Origin: Hydrolagus colliei
Lineage: Eukaryota
Reading direction: 5' to 3'
NCBI GenBank assembly: GCA_035084275.1
Contig: CM068755.1
Location: 7,564,001-7,628,000, forward strand
DNA length: 64,000 nucleotides
Shown: one piece after another, positions 38,128 through 51,985 of the stretch
Layout of the letters: every line of letters begins with the position of its first letter
Numbering within the stretch: the first letter of the stretch is position 1
Notes under the pieces: generated by a model
What the model saw: only the letters and a program-made list of their open reading frames with translations
What the model was told of the DNA's origin: nothing
Database searches by the model: none
Position numbers and translations under genes: made by a program

Positions 38128-38814
38128 TAATTTTGAGGGTTTACATTATCAATCACTACATATACATAATTATACATTTACTATTGAATGTTCTACCTTT
38201 TTTCCTGTCGATGAATCTTAGCTAAGGTTCTCCACCCTTTACACTTGGACTCAGACTTGCTGCTTTTTTTCCACACTTTTAGTATTATATTTAAGATGGC
38301 AGCGTGAGAACTAGAAGGATCTCGCTTTATGCAGGTTTTATTCCTGATTTATGTATCATTCCAGGAGAACTGCTGATGAGCACAGTTAATGTCTCGTGAC
38401 CCTTTTCTCATCCGCCGTTACCATTTATTATACTTTGCTAGATAATTGCTCCACAATACACTGGAGTGATAGTGAATACACTGCTCACTGTTGGAAACAT
38501 ATTTACTGCTGCATTCCACATTTGACAACCATAACTGCTGTAATATAGTGGCTCTATTAAAATTCATAAGATGCATCGTAGCTTTATCCAACTCCCTGTG
38601 TGATTAGCATGTATATTAATAGAGGCAGATGGTGTTAATTTCTCATGTTTACTTAGAGGGCTGGATTGTTGGTGAATTTCTTTTCTGAATGTTCGTGAGA
38701 CTGGAGCTAAAGTTTGGAGCTCCCTTCCCCCATTTTACACACACGAGCGGTGTTGGCATCAGTGTTGCCTATGAAATTGGTCAAATGTACTGTTTGACTC
38801 CATATTGGCTTCAC

Positions 38815-38880
38815 AAACAACAACAACAACTTTGATTTATATAGTGCCCTCCATGCCGGACGACGTCTCGGAGTGCTTAA
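38815..38880 (-). mobile_element. Short L2 tail
   Basis: (caa)n-ctttgatttatatagtgccctccatgccggacgacgtctc. Confidence 0.8.
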
Positions 38881-39099
38881 ACCTCTTCAAACCCACTGTC
38901 ATGGTTATCACCTTCTCAGATCAGGAATCATTTCCCACCGTTTCATGAACTGAGCAGATGTTAGTGTAGGAACTTTAATCCAATCACTCGGAGGCTGTGT
39001 TATAAGCAAACAGTGAAAACACGTCTGACTTCTGGCCATTATTTGCTGTTGACATCGCTTCCTGTGTACTGTATATGTATTGTTTCCTGTACTATATAT

Positions 39100-39399
39100 T
39101 AATATAATAATCATAATCTTGCATTTGATATAGCGCTTTTCAAATCTTCTAGACATCTCAAAATGCTTCCCAGAATACACTGTAAAGTGAATTGACTGTA
39201 TATTTGTCAGCTAAATGCGGCAGCCAATTGCACACAGGAGTGTCCCACTGAAATGACCAATTTATCATTGTTTTTTTTGAGAGATTATTACTATGCATGT
39301 GGAGCGAGGAAACTTGCCTAAGGTTTTGCCCTGCCTGGATTTGAACACAGGCCTCAAGCTTCTAATGCAAGTGCTCTAACCAATGAGCTACAGGACTGC
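39100..39399 (-). mobile_element. tRNA-derived SINE
   Basis: Minus-strand A-box TAGCTCATTGG and B-box GTTCAAATCC, with the same body and tail. Confidence 0.85.
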
Positions 39400-42300
39400 A
39401 ATTGGAACTTATTAGGGAACTGAACAATTTCCCATGTTGCATAGCTTCTGACCACACCTAGGATTTACAGGACAGAGTCAGCATAGGTTAGGTACACAGT
39501 AAACTTCCTTTTACTCAGTATTAAAGTTCTGTTCTGATCAAAAAAGCACATCAGACAAATGCCATTTCCCATTCCCCACATAAGCAGCCTTTGATCCTCT
39601 GAGGGCCATTTGTCATGTGGTTCTCTGCACTGCCTCCAGAACTAATTCTAATCTACATAACATTTTTTCAACTGAATGACTGACAAGCAAAACGAAACCA
39701 GTTCTAATCTGTGCCCAGGCTCCACATGAGATTATAGAACTGCCCTCTCTACATACACTGAGTAATTAAATGTCTTAATCACACTTGTCATTCAAAAAGC
39801 TTAACTTGGATACTGAGGTCTCAGGCCAAATTTTGCATATCGATTCAACAATGTGCTACTTTACTGTTGTAACAAATTTTCAATTTTAATTAATATGTAA
39901 TATATCACCGTTAATGTGTCATTAATTTATTACGTTTTAATAATTTCACCAAGATAATTGGTGAAATTAAACAGTGTTTGAGTCTTTAGGAACCCTAAAA
40001 TATTTTGTTACACATTGAGCTCTTGGGAGTTTATTCTGCAATAAAAATGTCAATGGGACAGATTTAAGTGAAGACATCACTTTTAAACAGTAAATATTTA
40101 TATTTACCAAAAAAAAGCAAAGAATGATATGCATGGGACAGGAATTATATCAGAAATTAAATCCAAATTATTTTTTCAACTGCAGTAGAAGTAAATGCAA
40201 TGTAGGTGTCAAAATATATGAATCCATTTATTAATGATTTCTCTGGTGTTTTTAACATGTGAATAAACCAGTCTGGTAGATTTAACAGTACAGTATCTAT
40301 CCAGGTCCAGCACTTTCCTTTCAGCACCCCCATCTCTTTCCTTAATACTTTATGATAAGGCTCTATATCAAATGCAATGATTATTATTTATAGTCTGTTA
40401 GTCATTACTTTCTCTAAATTTACTTAAATAAAAAAATGTAATTGGCAACCACACAGCCCAATACTTGTCCATTGAGGACTGCCCAACTCGCTGAAGGGTT
40501 TGGGCCCCAGGATTCATGTCATATCTGTACCTTATCCATGAGACACTGGTTATGCACATTTTGTAAACCATGTCTTCTCAGTCAATTCAACCCAAGCAAC
40601 TTACATCCTTTTCTTCCCTCCCTGATGATTGTTTTGACCATTGCACCCATTGTATCAGCTTCAAAAAGTTTGAAAGGCTGAGTACCACCTGATTTTGGCA
40701 AACTTCCACTTATAATCCTCCCCCCCACCCCATACCCGACGCACCCCATCTTAACATATCTAGGTATTCACCTTTCGATTATGAATCTAAGAACCCAGTC
40801 AAGATCTTTTTTTTCCTACCCTCGCACTGTATTTTGACAATAATAATCCTTGCATTTGGTATATATTGACCGTATTCCCATTTATGACTATGGACTCCCT
40901 TTCATTTAGGCTGATACAAAATCTATGGTGATGTATCTATCCACTGCCCTCATTCAGAGAACACTCGCACAAGAACCAGGGAAAATTGCACAACTGAAAG
41001 CTGAAACCTTGTGATCCTCCAATTGAGAAACTGGCTTTTTTCAGGTTATACTGGGATCTGGCTCCTGCAGCTTCACATTCTTACTCTGCTCAGTGGGCGA
41101 ACCTGTATGTTCTTTACTACAACAGAAAATATGTGATTAGTCTCCTCAAAGGGGTATTGAGTCAGTGTGTACATAGCGTGATAAACCAGCTATCAGCATC
41201 TCTCCCAGTTAAAATCCATTACCCTGTGAAATTGTGTAACTCGTTAAGATTTTTTGTATTGAAGTGCTTTGGTGGCAATTCATCAACTGTTCATTAGAAT
41301 GTGAATGTGGCGAGCCCTCAGTGCAATCATTAGTTCTGAGTAAAGTCATTTGTTCCGCTTGGCTGAGGAGAATTGTTGGCAGTGTCGCCAATTTTATACT
41401 GAGCAAAGGCCTGGCCCTGAGAGCCCTTCTTTTGACTCAGCTTCTCCCTTCAACACAATGGCTGTCTTCATCAGCTGCCCTTTTGTAAAGATCAAGGACA
41501 ATTCCCTCTCTTTTCTCTTCTCTTCCACCCTCCCCCCAACATCTGCCTCTCCACAAACACAAAAAGAATGAGTCAACGTATGATGTCATTAAGTAATTCA
41601 GTGGGAGCCAGCACCATCGCTCATTCAGTCTTGAAGATTGCACAACCCAAGGAGTCAGACAAGTATACATCTTCATTCATAAGGGGCAGATTATTCTATT
41701 GTGATCAGAAATGAATATTGGTTTGTTGTAACTGGAATAAGGCCGTGTGACTAAGTAAATATTCAGAGGATTTTGCATTGTCCATCAGGTTGCTTGTGCA
41801 AGACAGTACTGATTCAGCATTAAGACAATATTCCTTTTGTGCATTTGAATAAACAAGCTCCACGTTCCCCCGTTACCCCCCTCCCCCCCCAACCAACCAC
41901 CCTGATTCCTCCACAAACAGTCTGCAATGCTGGAACTTTCGCAGTGATTAACTTGGAAATTCTTTGTCAATTGCAGTACACAGAAGGCCTGCATCAGTCA
42001 TCCTTCATCTAGTGATAGTAAATGTGTTTACTACAGGAGTGCACAGGGTCTTTGCTGCAATACTGAACAAAGTGGTAATTGATGCTGTTTACAGTGATGT
42101 AGAGTGGGATGACTGCACCACATGATATCAGACCTGTTAGACCACTTAGGACTGCAAAACAGATTTGCACATAATTGCTTTTACACAGTGAATACTGAAT
42201 ATGTGTGTACATGGATCAGAGACAACAAATTCATCAGGAAGCTTAATAGAATTTTAGTGATGGACATCAAGGGTATAAATATATGACGGTATGTCAGATT

Positions 42301-42919
42301 GGGCAGGTGACCAGCTGTGGTTATTTTTGGTTCCTTACAATTTTGTTTCTATAAATATTTGTGGTTGGAATTATTACTTGACCATCTATTACTAGGAGTG
42401 CATATATTGTAATGGGACGTTTCTGTAAGCATGTAGTACAATCAATTTCAGAATATGGGTGAGTTTGTGCACAAAAGTTAAACCCTTTTGTAAACATCTC
42501 TTCTCGGTACAAGTTTTGTCTTTGTTGGGACATATGGAAAAATATCTGACCATATTATTACACTAGGTCTGGGACAGTGTAGAGAGGTAGAATCATAAAA
42601 TTCTACAGCACAGAAGGAGACCATTCAGCCCAGTTATACCTGACTTGGTTCAGTTCCAAGTACAAAACTCACCAGAAAAAGACAACCTATTCTCAGTCAT
42701 TTGTTGATTCTCAATAGATGTATTTTATTGGCGATAATCAGGCTGTTCCCTTTTACAATTAATTTCAGTAGTTTGAGATTAAAGAGATACAGAATATTGC
42801 ACACAAATTCTGAAGAACTAAATATTAATTTTGTATGGAGATGATCACTACAGCATCTTTGGAACTCAAAGAAAAGCTTCAGCAATGTTTACAGGTCCAT
42901 TTGATTAAAGTTAAGACAA

Positions 42920-45900
42920 GTTTTTTTTTCAAATTTGCTTTTTTTAATGTTTTTTAAACTATTACATAGAGAGGAATATAACATATGAATAACATGCAAA
43001 AAACAAGCAAGAGCTTTTTAGGTGTTAAATCCCAATGGGCTACTCCAGCATGGTTCTGAAATGTAATATAGTGGTTTTATTAAATGCTCTAACCTTGTAT
43101 ACTGTACTTTTGTCTAAACCAATTAACTTTAAACCCAAAACTTAACCTTCTCGTTGAAATTTCCCACTCTGATCTTCTGAGATATAAAAGCAACACAGAG
43201 AAACTTTAGACATGAGTCGTTCACGAACGGTTAACAGAGAGGGGGTGGAGGGGTGGGGGTAACAGCATTGGCAGAGAAAAAAAATACAAGCATCCCTTGC
43301 AGGTTGTTCACATTATGTTCACATTTTTCTCAATAAAATATTCTTTAATTTGTTAGGAATCCTGTGCATTAGTTAACTTTCTACACCGACATGTACAGTT
43401 ATTTCTTGGTTCTGTTCAGGTAAAATGAACGCCATTGACTGAAATTCTAGACACTTTTATATATAAAGTCACACACTTGTCGCTTTAAGAATCTTAAAAT
43501 GTAGGAAGAGGCAAAGTTCAGTTTTGTAGTAAACATTCATCAGTGGCATTGCAAAACTTTTGTAGTGCACGATTGACCTTGCTCAATCTACCAGTAGTTC
43601 TGCAAGTGCATGTGTATGTGGTTCATCCAAATGAAAAAGGACTGAATGGGTTACTTTTTAATGTTGATTTTGATTGGTTTACTGCAAAGAGGAGCTGATG
43701 TTTGCAAATTGATGGCAAAACATTTGTTTTTTTTAAGTAGTTTGTCAGTCGTGTTTGAATGGATCTCGGTTGTTTGTAAATTTGTAATAATTGTGTAGAT
43801 TGTGTCTAGCAGGACGGCTCAAAAGTGATTTGGGGCTTTCAAGCAGTCATTTAACCTGTTAAGTGTGCTTTGGTAAACTGGGGGCAGAATAGAATACTTG
43901 CTGAAACTGAACCCCTTTGATAATACTGTTTAACAGAAACATTCAAAAGTCATAACCAAACAGTTACCAACAACTGAAGAAGGGAAGCTGCAATTTTTAA
44001 AACCATTAATGTATTGGGATCCAGGTAAACAGAGCTCACAGTTTGAGATTGAGGAGGTTAAAGAATGAGGAACAGGAAAAAAGAGGATGGTGACAGGTAT
44101 TAAATTTGGTAACTGTTAGGGCTGATCTTGCTAAGGTTAGTGGAATAAGGCCATCATAAAATATGGTAGAAGCTGTCCAAAGCTTACACTTGTGAGATGA
44201 TACCAGGACATCCACATTGCAAAATCTCTCAAACCCATTCGCCAATTTCCTACCAATGCTTGTCAGTTGTAAGATCTTTATTGCTGTGTAGACTCGCAAG
44301 CGACTGATTAATTTAAGGATTACAAAGGTCCTAGCAGCATATTGAACCCATTCCAATCTCCCCTACTTGTTGGAAAGCTTTTGCTGTGTTGTAGGCACAA
44401 AATCAACAGGTCCCCTAGACTGTTGCTCGTGAACCCTTTAAGGTTTCACAAACTTTTATTGCAATTAATAGAGCCTTAAGTTCCTTTACCTAAATACTGC
44501 CCTGAACAATCACAGAAAACTCCCGCAAATCCACTAAAGCATTGTTAAAAAGGTTTGAAGGATTCTATGCACATAGTGATTCAGGTCATCATTAAAAAAA
44601 AAATTCTACCCCTTTCTCTCCTCCCCTAAATACTGACTTGCATTAAACATGGGTGAGCCTTGACAGTGCTAGTCATAATCTCGCTCTAGATCTCTAGAGA
44701 CAATACACATACACAATAACGAGAGGAGAGAAAAGATCATCAGGTAACACTATAGAGCAGTAATCCAGCCATCTTTGTCCATCTTCTATGCAAATTGTAG
44801 CAATCATTTAAATCATTCAGATCAGGGGGGCTTCCTTGTCTGTTGGACAGCTGCTCATAGAGTATTAAGTGCAATGGGGGCAGATATCATTTGAAATAAA
44901 TCTATTGACTTAATGGGTATCACTTGAACCAACAAGTAGTAAGCAATCAAAATCAGTATTTACATGTGCCCAATTAGGAGAAGAAATTAAGATTTCTGGT
45001 TTCTCAAAGAAAATTGGAATAACTAGGCATTTGGTACTTTTTCACCACTGGGTTTGTTTCACAGTTTGGATGGATCAGCATTTCTTGAATTAATTCAACA
45101 CTCAAAACCTCAACCTTTTTTTCTGAAATCAGGTGGCTAGTGCAGTAAAATGGACTCTCGTGGGTTTGAAGAGTGTTTAGTCTTATTTAGTTTCGAACTC
45201 AAAAGCGAGGGCAAAAACCGAAGCTTAGAATTCAGGACTCATCAGTCATGAAGGTGAGGAACAACATTACAGTACGGTGAATACGGATACCAGGGGAGCG
45301 CACAAAGAAGCTGATCTTGCATAGGGAAGTAGTACTTTATATAGACAAACTTGGTTCATGGACTCACAGTGCAGGACAGTGTGGGGAAAATCAGGTCAAT
45401 CGAAACAGGGGTTAGGTAATACCAAATATGTTAACAGCCTGTTTACTGTTGTTGGCAAAGGGGAGAAATGAGGGACAGAAAGAGTTCTGGAGAAGGAAAC
45501 TAATTCCTTAAGATCTTGTAAGAAACCAGATATAATTTGGCCTAGTTTAAACACTAAGGTTCTCTGACAGCAAGACATTAATGCTGGGGAAAGATCTCAC
45601 AAGAAATCCATCGTCAGTGGCCTGGCATAAATGCAGCATCTAAAAATAGCAAGTGCAAATGAGTGTAACTGTAAACACACAATTTGCAGCCTTTAATACT
45701 GGTTAAAGTTGTGCTTATAAATTAAAAGAATATGAACTATAAACTCTATATAAAACATTGTTAATCTATTCTTTTTAAAACAAACTTATAAATTAAACCT
45801 TCCAATGAACCAAAGCCCTTATTTACCTGGCATTACACAATTATGGTTCCTCTTAATTAATAGCTGCATAAATATTCTGCTTTACCTAACAGTGAAATGA

Positions 45901-48900
45901 TAAATAAAAGTAATTTCAATACGAAGAATATAGTTCTCAAAATAACTGACATTGAAGAGGAATATAATGCAGAACGTTCTGGTGTAGTCATTTTGTGTGG
46001 AGAGCACTACACTAAGCACAACATAAACAAACACTTCATTTTAGTAGTCTACAAACACTTAAAATTCCCTTTTTTAAAAAAATATCTGTTTCTAATGTCA
46101 TCTCCCCCGCTCCAATATCACTACAGGCCTACCTGCCTTGGGGCAATGGGTTAGATGCAATAGATTAAACATGACAAACCTAGCTAGATTTTGGCAACTT
46201 ATTGGGATGCTGCCCTGTGTGAGGGGCACTATATAAATGCAAGTTGTTGTTGTATTAATTTTGCTTTTGATAGATATGCAGGGACTGTAGTGCAAAACAC
46301 AACAGGGAATCTCTGAGCTGCTAAACTTGTTTCCTTTGTTGAGCTATTAGTTTGAGTCCCCTTTAAAGGCTGCTTTTATTCCATATTGACCCTGGACTTC
46401 ACTACTGCCCACATTTCTTACCCCAATTCAACGACTAAATCTTCAGATGAAGTCTGTGTTGTCAATTGAAGCACAGCCATTTCATCAGCGTTAAGTACAC
46501 AATCCTATTTCTTTCTTGATCTTTCATGCCACAGCACAACGTACACACTCCTCTTACCTGTACAAGTTACCTAACAACAATCACTGCTCTACACACAAAA
46601 TAGTATCCTATTATAGAACAGCTATCACTTCTCTCCCTCATATATGCTAGCCATTGGAAATGGCTCACTTACTACCAACCAACACAACCAGAACCTTTAC
46701 TATCCAGAAAAGGAACAATATTAGATCAATCCAATATCACATACCATTAACCAACACCGGTCATTATCGGAGCATAAGAAAACTACAGACATTATATACT
46801 GTATTCATTAATGATTCCCCTCCCCACCCCACATGCAAATCTACATGCTTTGGGAAAGGACTCTTAGCTCAGTCCATTACCATCCTTCAAGCTAACTAAA
46901 TGCACAAAGTTTAAATACACACATACATGCACACATAAGCTGACCAGCTTCATATGCACACAGGTAAATGACTCGTATTCTACACCCCTCTGCTATACGC
47001 AATATAAAACCACACATGGATGGGGGAATGCTACACATGACTGACACTGCTATGCCGACTGCCTCTCATCACATTTTGATCGAACAGTTCCCATTCGACT
47101 CTCACTTCATAATGCCTGGTTTGGCTTTTCTGAGTCCTCCTATTGCTAAGTCTGCATTTGAAATTATTCACCATGAAATCCATCTGTGCTTGAATTCTTG
47201 TTAGATGCGATTCCCCAATGTGCTTGCTTGAACCATTCTGCCCATCTCAAACTGGTGTGTGTGCATTTGAAACTGTGCACAATTTCTTTTTACAAGTGAT
47301 GTCGCTATAGAATCTTTCCAGGGCAGCACTACTTATTAGTGTTCCCACATTAACTCTGACAACAGATGTACTTGGTAGTGAATCCGTTCTGCAGTCAGTG
47401 CAATAACATACCATTTGACGTCACAATGTGTGTTTGAAAATTCAGCTCTGGGTTATATTATGGTGCGGTAACTGTAAACCCTGAAAGTTGGTGATGGAAT
47501 TATGTTATTATGCAAAGTGTTAATACCTCTTGGGGGGAAATAGTTTGTTCAGTACAAGGGAGCTGCCTGGATGCCCTGCAGAAAGGATCATTTTTAATTG
47601 TTGTTTAATGGAATAGGAAAGAATAGGAGGCAATGTTCTGGCCAGCAACTTCCACCCTGTACGACTCCTGGGTGCTGACAATCATGCACTAAAATCATGT
47701 TCCATTTTTACCATCAATTCAAATTTCAAAGGATGCTGCTGGCTTTTGTTTCCCATCCCCATCAGGCTAACCTCTCCCAGCCTTAAAACTCTGAAAAATT
47801 TCAAAAGTGCATGAGATGCGCCCATGAGAGATGCAGTAAATTGGCAACACAAATCACAGCCAGTCCCAGCTCTGCAGACCTGCAGCAGTAGTGCATTGAA
47901 TATCTACATTCATCCTAATGTCTAAGGCAACCGCACTTGATATATTTAAGCTTAATAGGTTACTCACAGCTTCCTTTGGTTTGTTAAAAAGGCAATATCC
48001 AATTAAAACACTTTTTCTGTGATCACTCAAAAGGGTAATTATGCTGTGGTGAAACTGCACAATGTGCAAATTTTATACATTATGCATTGTCAATCTGCTT
48101 CTCTACCCTGATGTAGAAATAAGTTCATAGAGAAAATAGTGAGCATTAGCATGTGGATTTTGTTTGGTTACATTTTGCTGTTAGAAACCACTGTAAAACC
48201 TGACTCACAACTTAGTTATTTAGGTGTCTAACAGATTTACACATTGTAATGTTTCTATTAGTGATCTCTCCTCACCACGACACACAACAGTCAGTCTATG
48301 ATACAATAGAATCTTCTGTTTTAGTGCATAGTACATTAGTACACAAATACATAAGTATTCATTGTGAATGGTTCACCTCCAAAATCAGTACCAAAAGGGA
48401 ACCACTGCAAAGAAAAACACATACAGTAAGTAGTGTGCTTTGTACCAAGTATATGTCTAATTTATGTGGTTACAAGGTAGATGTACTATTTGAATTAGAT
48501 ATTGCCTTCTTAAAGAGACAGAGCCCCTTTGTTATTCGCCTTAGTAGGCTATGTTTAACAATTATTCCCTTTAACACAGCTTTTCATTTCAATGTCTTTA
48601 TACAATTCAGTGTTTCAAACAAATTAAGCAATATTAATATTATAAATAAAATTTAGAAGTGAACATTTATTTTCTCCTAAAATGTTCTTTTAATATATGA
48701 GAAATGAAATTATTGTGTGTGTTTCATTTTTCCTCTTGCCGGGATACCTATTGTTGTGCATTCTAAATTGATATGCACAAAATGGACACTATCTCTTTAA
48801 ATACAATGAATTCCGTTTTATTCTTACGTCTTGTTCACAGTTTGCAGAATAACCTGTGTTGAACATTTAAAGCATCCACTCACTTGCCAAGTGCCTGCCT

Positions 48901-50094
48901 GACAGACAGCAGATTTTTCATATGGATCATCTTGAACACATGCAGCAACTTACTTGGAAGAAGTTTGGGAAAAATAATCTCTTTTCCTTCCCTCTCCCAC
49001 ACCCCCGAAAAAAAAAGGTTGAGTTGGGAATTGACAGTGCCAGAAAATAGTGTCTTCATAGACAGTCCCGTAGCTCGCTGGGACACCTTCCTACCAATAA
49101 TGCACAAGTCATGTAGCCTTGAATTAAAAATAATTCACCTTAAACTTAACCTCTGCACCCATATAGCCCACAAAATGTTCATATTTGTTCCTCACTAAAA
49201 TAAGACCTCTTACAAAATCAAATGAGGTTCAGACTAAGAAGGACCTTTGGTCCATTCAATCTCATCCTTCCAGAATATCAACTCTTCAGTCTTTCCATTA
49301 AAGCATCAAGCCATTTCTTAAGTCCCATTGGTTTGGCCTCAATGACCAATGCTGGTGATACAGCCCACCTTCCTAATGTTTGTTCAGTTGTGTGCCATGT
49401 ACTTATCTACTGTGCAGAGTTGGCAGAAGTTCATTCAACTTGCCCCTCTTCAACTCTACTGTTTTCTGGAGCTTTTATCTGCCCTGCAAAATTTGAGGTT
49501 GCTGGGTTCTGCAGAGTTGCTGGCATTGGAAATTACATTATGTAATGAGTGACTCTTATAAGTAGACAACTATTCTTTAATAAGAGTAATTGTCTATTAA
49601 ACCATTGGCTCAGTCCATTGTACTATGCAACTTCAGGAGGATACTGGACTTTGTCATGTTTAGAATCACAAGGAATGTTGTCTTCCGAAATGCACACACT
49701 ACTCCAATGCCAAGTCCAACTCTCACTTCACAAATCTAGCTGTAAAACCTTGAGGTGATGCTGAAAGTATGGAATAAACAAAATGCGATTGTTCTAACTA
49801 ATTCCTACTTCCAAACCTCAATAGGCAGAAAAGCAAAAAACACACTCTACATGGGACAATTCATAAAACAACGACCATTGTTCAGAGCAGGTACGTCCTC
49901 CTGTGTTCACGGAGCCAATCGAGAGTCTTTCCCCCCCTCCCCCACCCTTTTTCTTAACAGTAAGCTGCAACTCTAACCTTAATGCGCTTTATAACTCAAT
50001 TAAGAAAAAAATGAATTAGTTTAACAATGGAATGGCAAAAGCATTTTGTTTTTGATCCTCAGACTTGTGGCAGGAGGCCTGGACCCTGCGGAGT
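42920..50094 (-). other. MAP1A: Probable long MAP1A 3' UTR
   Basis: TE-poor and U-rich on the minus strand. Minus-strand AATAAA/ATTAAA near 48817, 48666, 44455, 43076 and 42943. Extent is inferred. Confidence 0.4.
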
Positions 50095-50250
50095 TCAGAA
50101 CTCAATCTTGCACGCGGGGAATGACTCGTCCTGCATCACCACTGTGCTGCTGCTGGCCAGGACCATGATGTTCAGCTCTTGCTGCCGTTCGTGCGTCTGC
50201 TGATACCACTCCCGCGTCACCTCGGTGTCATGGGTTGGGATTAATGTCAC
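50095..50250 (-). CDS. MAP1A: MAP1A last coding exon (VTLIPTHDTEVTREWYQQTHERQQELNIMVLASSSTVVMQDESFPACKIEF*)
   Basis: ttttccag|GT acceptor. Canonical MAP1A C-terminus ...FPACKIEF followed by TGA. Confidence 0.96.
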   Translation of the reverse strand: MTLIPTHDTEVTREWYQQTHERQQELNIMVLASSSTVVMQDESFPACKIEF

Positions 50251-50417
50251 CTGGAAAAACGGGCGAATATTCTTAGCTAAGCAACACAGCTCTTGTGACA
50301 GCTGGAGGGAAAATTCTAATGCAATGCAAGTCCAGTCAAACCAGCTTACTTTCATGCTCAATTTTGGATTGATTTGTTTCAAAAAAAGAATAAAACCTAT
50401 TTGGTCAAACCACCACA

Positions 50418-50566
50418 ACTGTTTGTGAGACACCGCTAAGCACAATTGGCTGCCTCGTGTCACCTACAAAATATACAGTCATTCACTTCACACTATATTC
50501 TGTGAAACACTTGGGAGGCATCTTGAAGATGTGCTAAGGCTCTACATCAAATGCAAGTATTATTAT
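50418..50566 (+). mobile_element. SINE 3' half in the last MAP1A intron
   Basis: Family body and tail. Confidence 0.75.
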
Positions 50567-50727
50567 AAAAGGGATTTGGCTGAACTGAGTTCAGATGGCA
50601 AAGTCTGTGAATTTGAATGTTAGTGGATCCACTTTAGTTATTCACCCTTTTAAAGTCAATAAAATATCAGAAAACATTCGAATTGTTTGGCGATGCATCA
50701 CCAGCAATCGTAGTGTCCTAATGTGGT

Positions 50728-51045
50728 CAAACAACAAAATTACACTTGTACAGCGCCTTTCACGATGGGAGGACGTTCCAAGGCACTGGACAGTCAGTGT
50801 TTTGGACCTGAGCTGGGGATCGGAATTGGGGAGGGTGGAGGGCAGCGGGAAAGGAGGTTGGTCAAATCCATGGTCGAAGAGGGCCTTGAGGTGGACCTTG
50901 AAGAAGGCAAGGGATGGTGCAAGGTGGAGAGACTGTGGGAATGGAGTTCCAGAAGGTGGGGGCAGAGTGGCTGAAGGCCCACCCACCAATAGTGGGGTGG
51001 GTGAGGCAGGGGACGTGAAGCAGGCTGGGCCTGCTGAGCAGAGAA
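50728..51045 (-). mobile_element. L2 3' fragment in the last MAP1A intron
   Basis: PTIGGWAFSHSAPTFWNSIP / FKVHLKALF remnant and L2 tail. Confidence 0.85.
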
Positions 51046-51184
51046 GGCATCTAATTTCCTCAACAAATGTTGGCAGTGAATTCCACTTTCTAACCATCCT
51101 GTGTGATAAATGTTTCCCCTCTCTAACAAGGAAACCAATTTCCTTGCTGACAAGGGTGGAAAATAAACTGAACTGCTCACATAC

Positions 51185-51417
51185 CTGCAGATTGTTCCCC
51201 CATTGGGACTTTCCTTCCAGGAGAGCGTCCAACACAGTTCGACTTGGTTCCCCGCTTCCTGGGTCGTTCCCACTCACCACGTAATAGGAAGATCGAACTC
51301 GCTTGAAAAATTCCAGGTCGACATTCTTTCCACTGCAGTGGTTAGGAATGTATGCCAGGTCCACGTAGACTGGGGGACCCGGAGGTAGACCGGAATTTGT
51401 CTTTATATTGGTATGAG
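51185..51417 (-). CDS. MAP1A: MAP1A penultimate exon (LC2: PPVYVDLAYIPNHCSGKNVDLEFFKRVRSSYYVVSGND...WGNNLQ)
   Basis: gaaag|CT acceptor and CAG|gtatgt donor, 233 nt, phase 1-0. Conserved MAP1 C-terminal domain. Confidence 0.95.
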
Positions 51418-51699
51418 CTTTCAATAGAGGAAAATATCATTATAGGTTTAGCTGCATTTGGAACCACATCCTAAACAGTTAGGAAACACTTTGTTCAAGG
51501 CTACATCATCCTTTTTTTCCCTGATATTATCCCTGGAGTCCATTTCTTGTTTAAATGGAAACTAAGCAATCAGCAGCAATCCTGACCATTAATCAATCTG
51601 CGTGTTAAATCATGCTTCATAAATCTTCACATAGTCAAAAAGCTATTCAAGGCACAACTCCCAATGCTGCAAGTAATCACTATTTATAACATTTTTGGG

Positions 51700-51985
51700 C
51701 TTGGGCGCTGCTTTGCTGAAGGTGCTGACCTTCAAAAGAGTTTCAAACCAAGGGTCCATTTGTCTGTCCAGGTTAAAGATTCCCACCCATCAATCAGGGA
51801 ACAGGAGGGAGGACCTCCCAAATGTTCTGGTCAACAATCCTCCAGATCAACTGGTCATGGAGGGCACAAGCAGCCATGATGTGCTCCACCTTTACCTACA
51901 ACTATACAGCAATTATATATTTGACGGTAAAGATCCATGAAGTGCTTTGAGATGTTTGGTGCTATTTTAAATGCAAGGATCATTC
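51700..51985 (+). mobile_element. Degenerate Deu-domain SINE in a MAP1A intron
   Basis: gaaggtgctgaccttc...aaaccaagg...taaagattccc, and tail aagtgctttgagatg...aaatgcaaggat. Confidence 0.55.

Noticed and set aside
37540-39399. tRNA-like sequences at about 37545-37618 and 39325-39399
   Set aside because: These are SINE heads attached to SINE bodies; no intact cloverleaf.
50642-51184. Extension of the 260-aa ORF beyond the MAP1A exon
   Set aside because: It runs through the donor into CR1 and L2 remnants. A chance open frame, although intron retention cannot be excluded.
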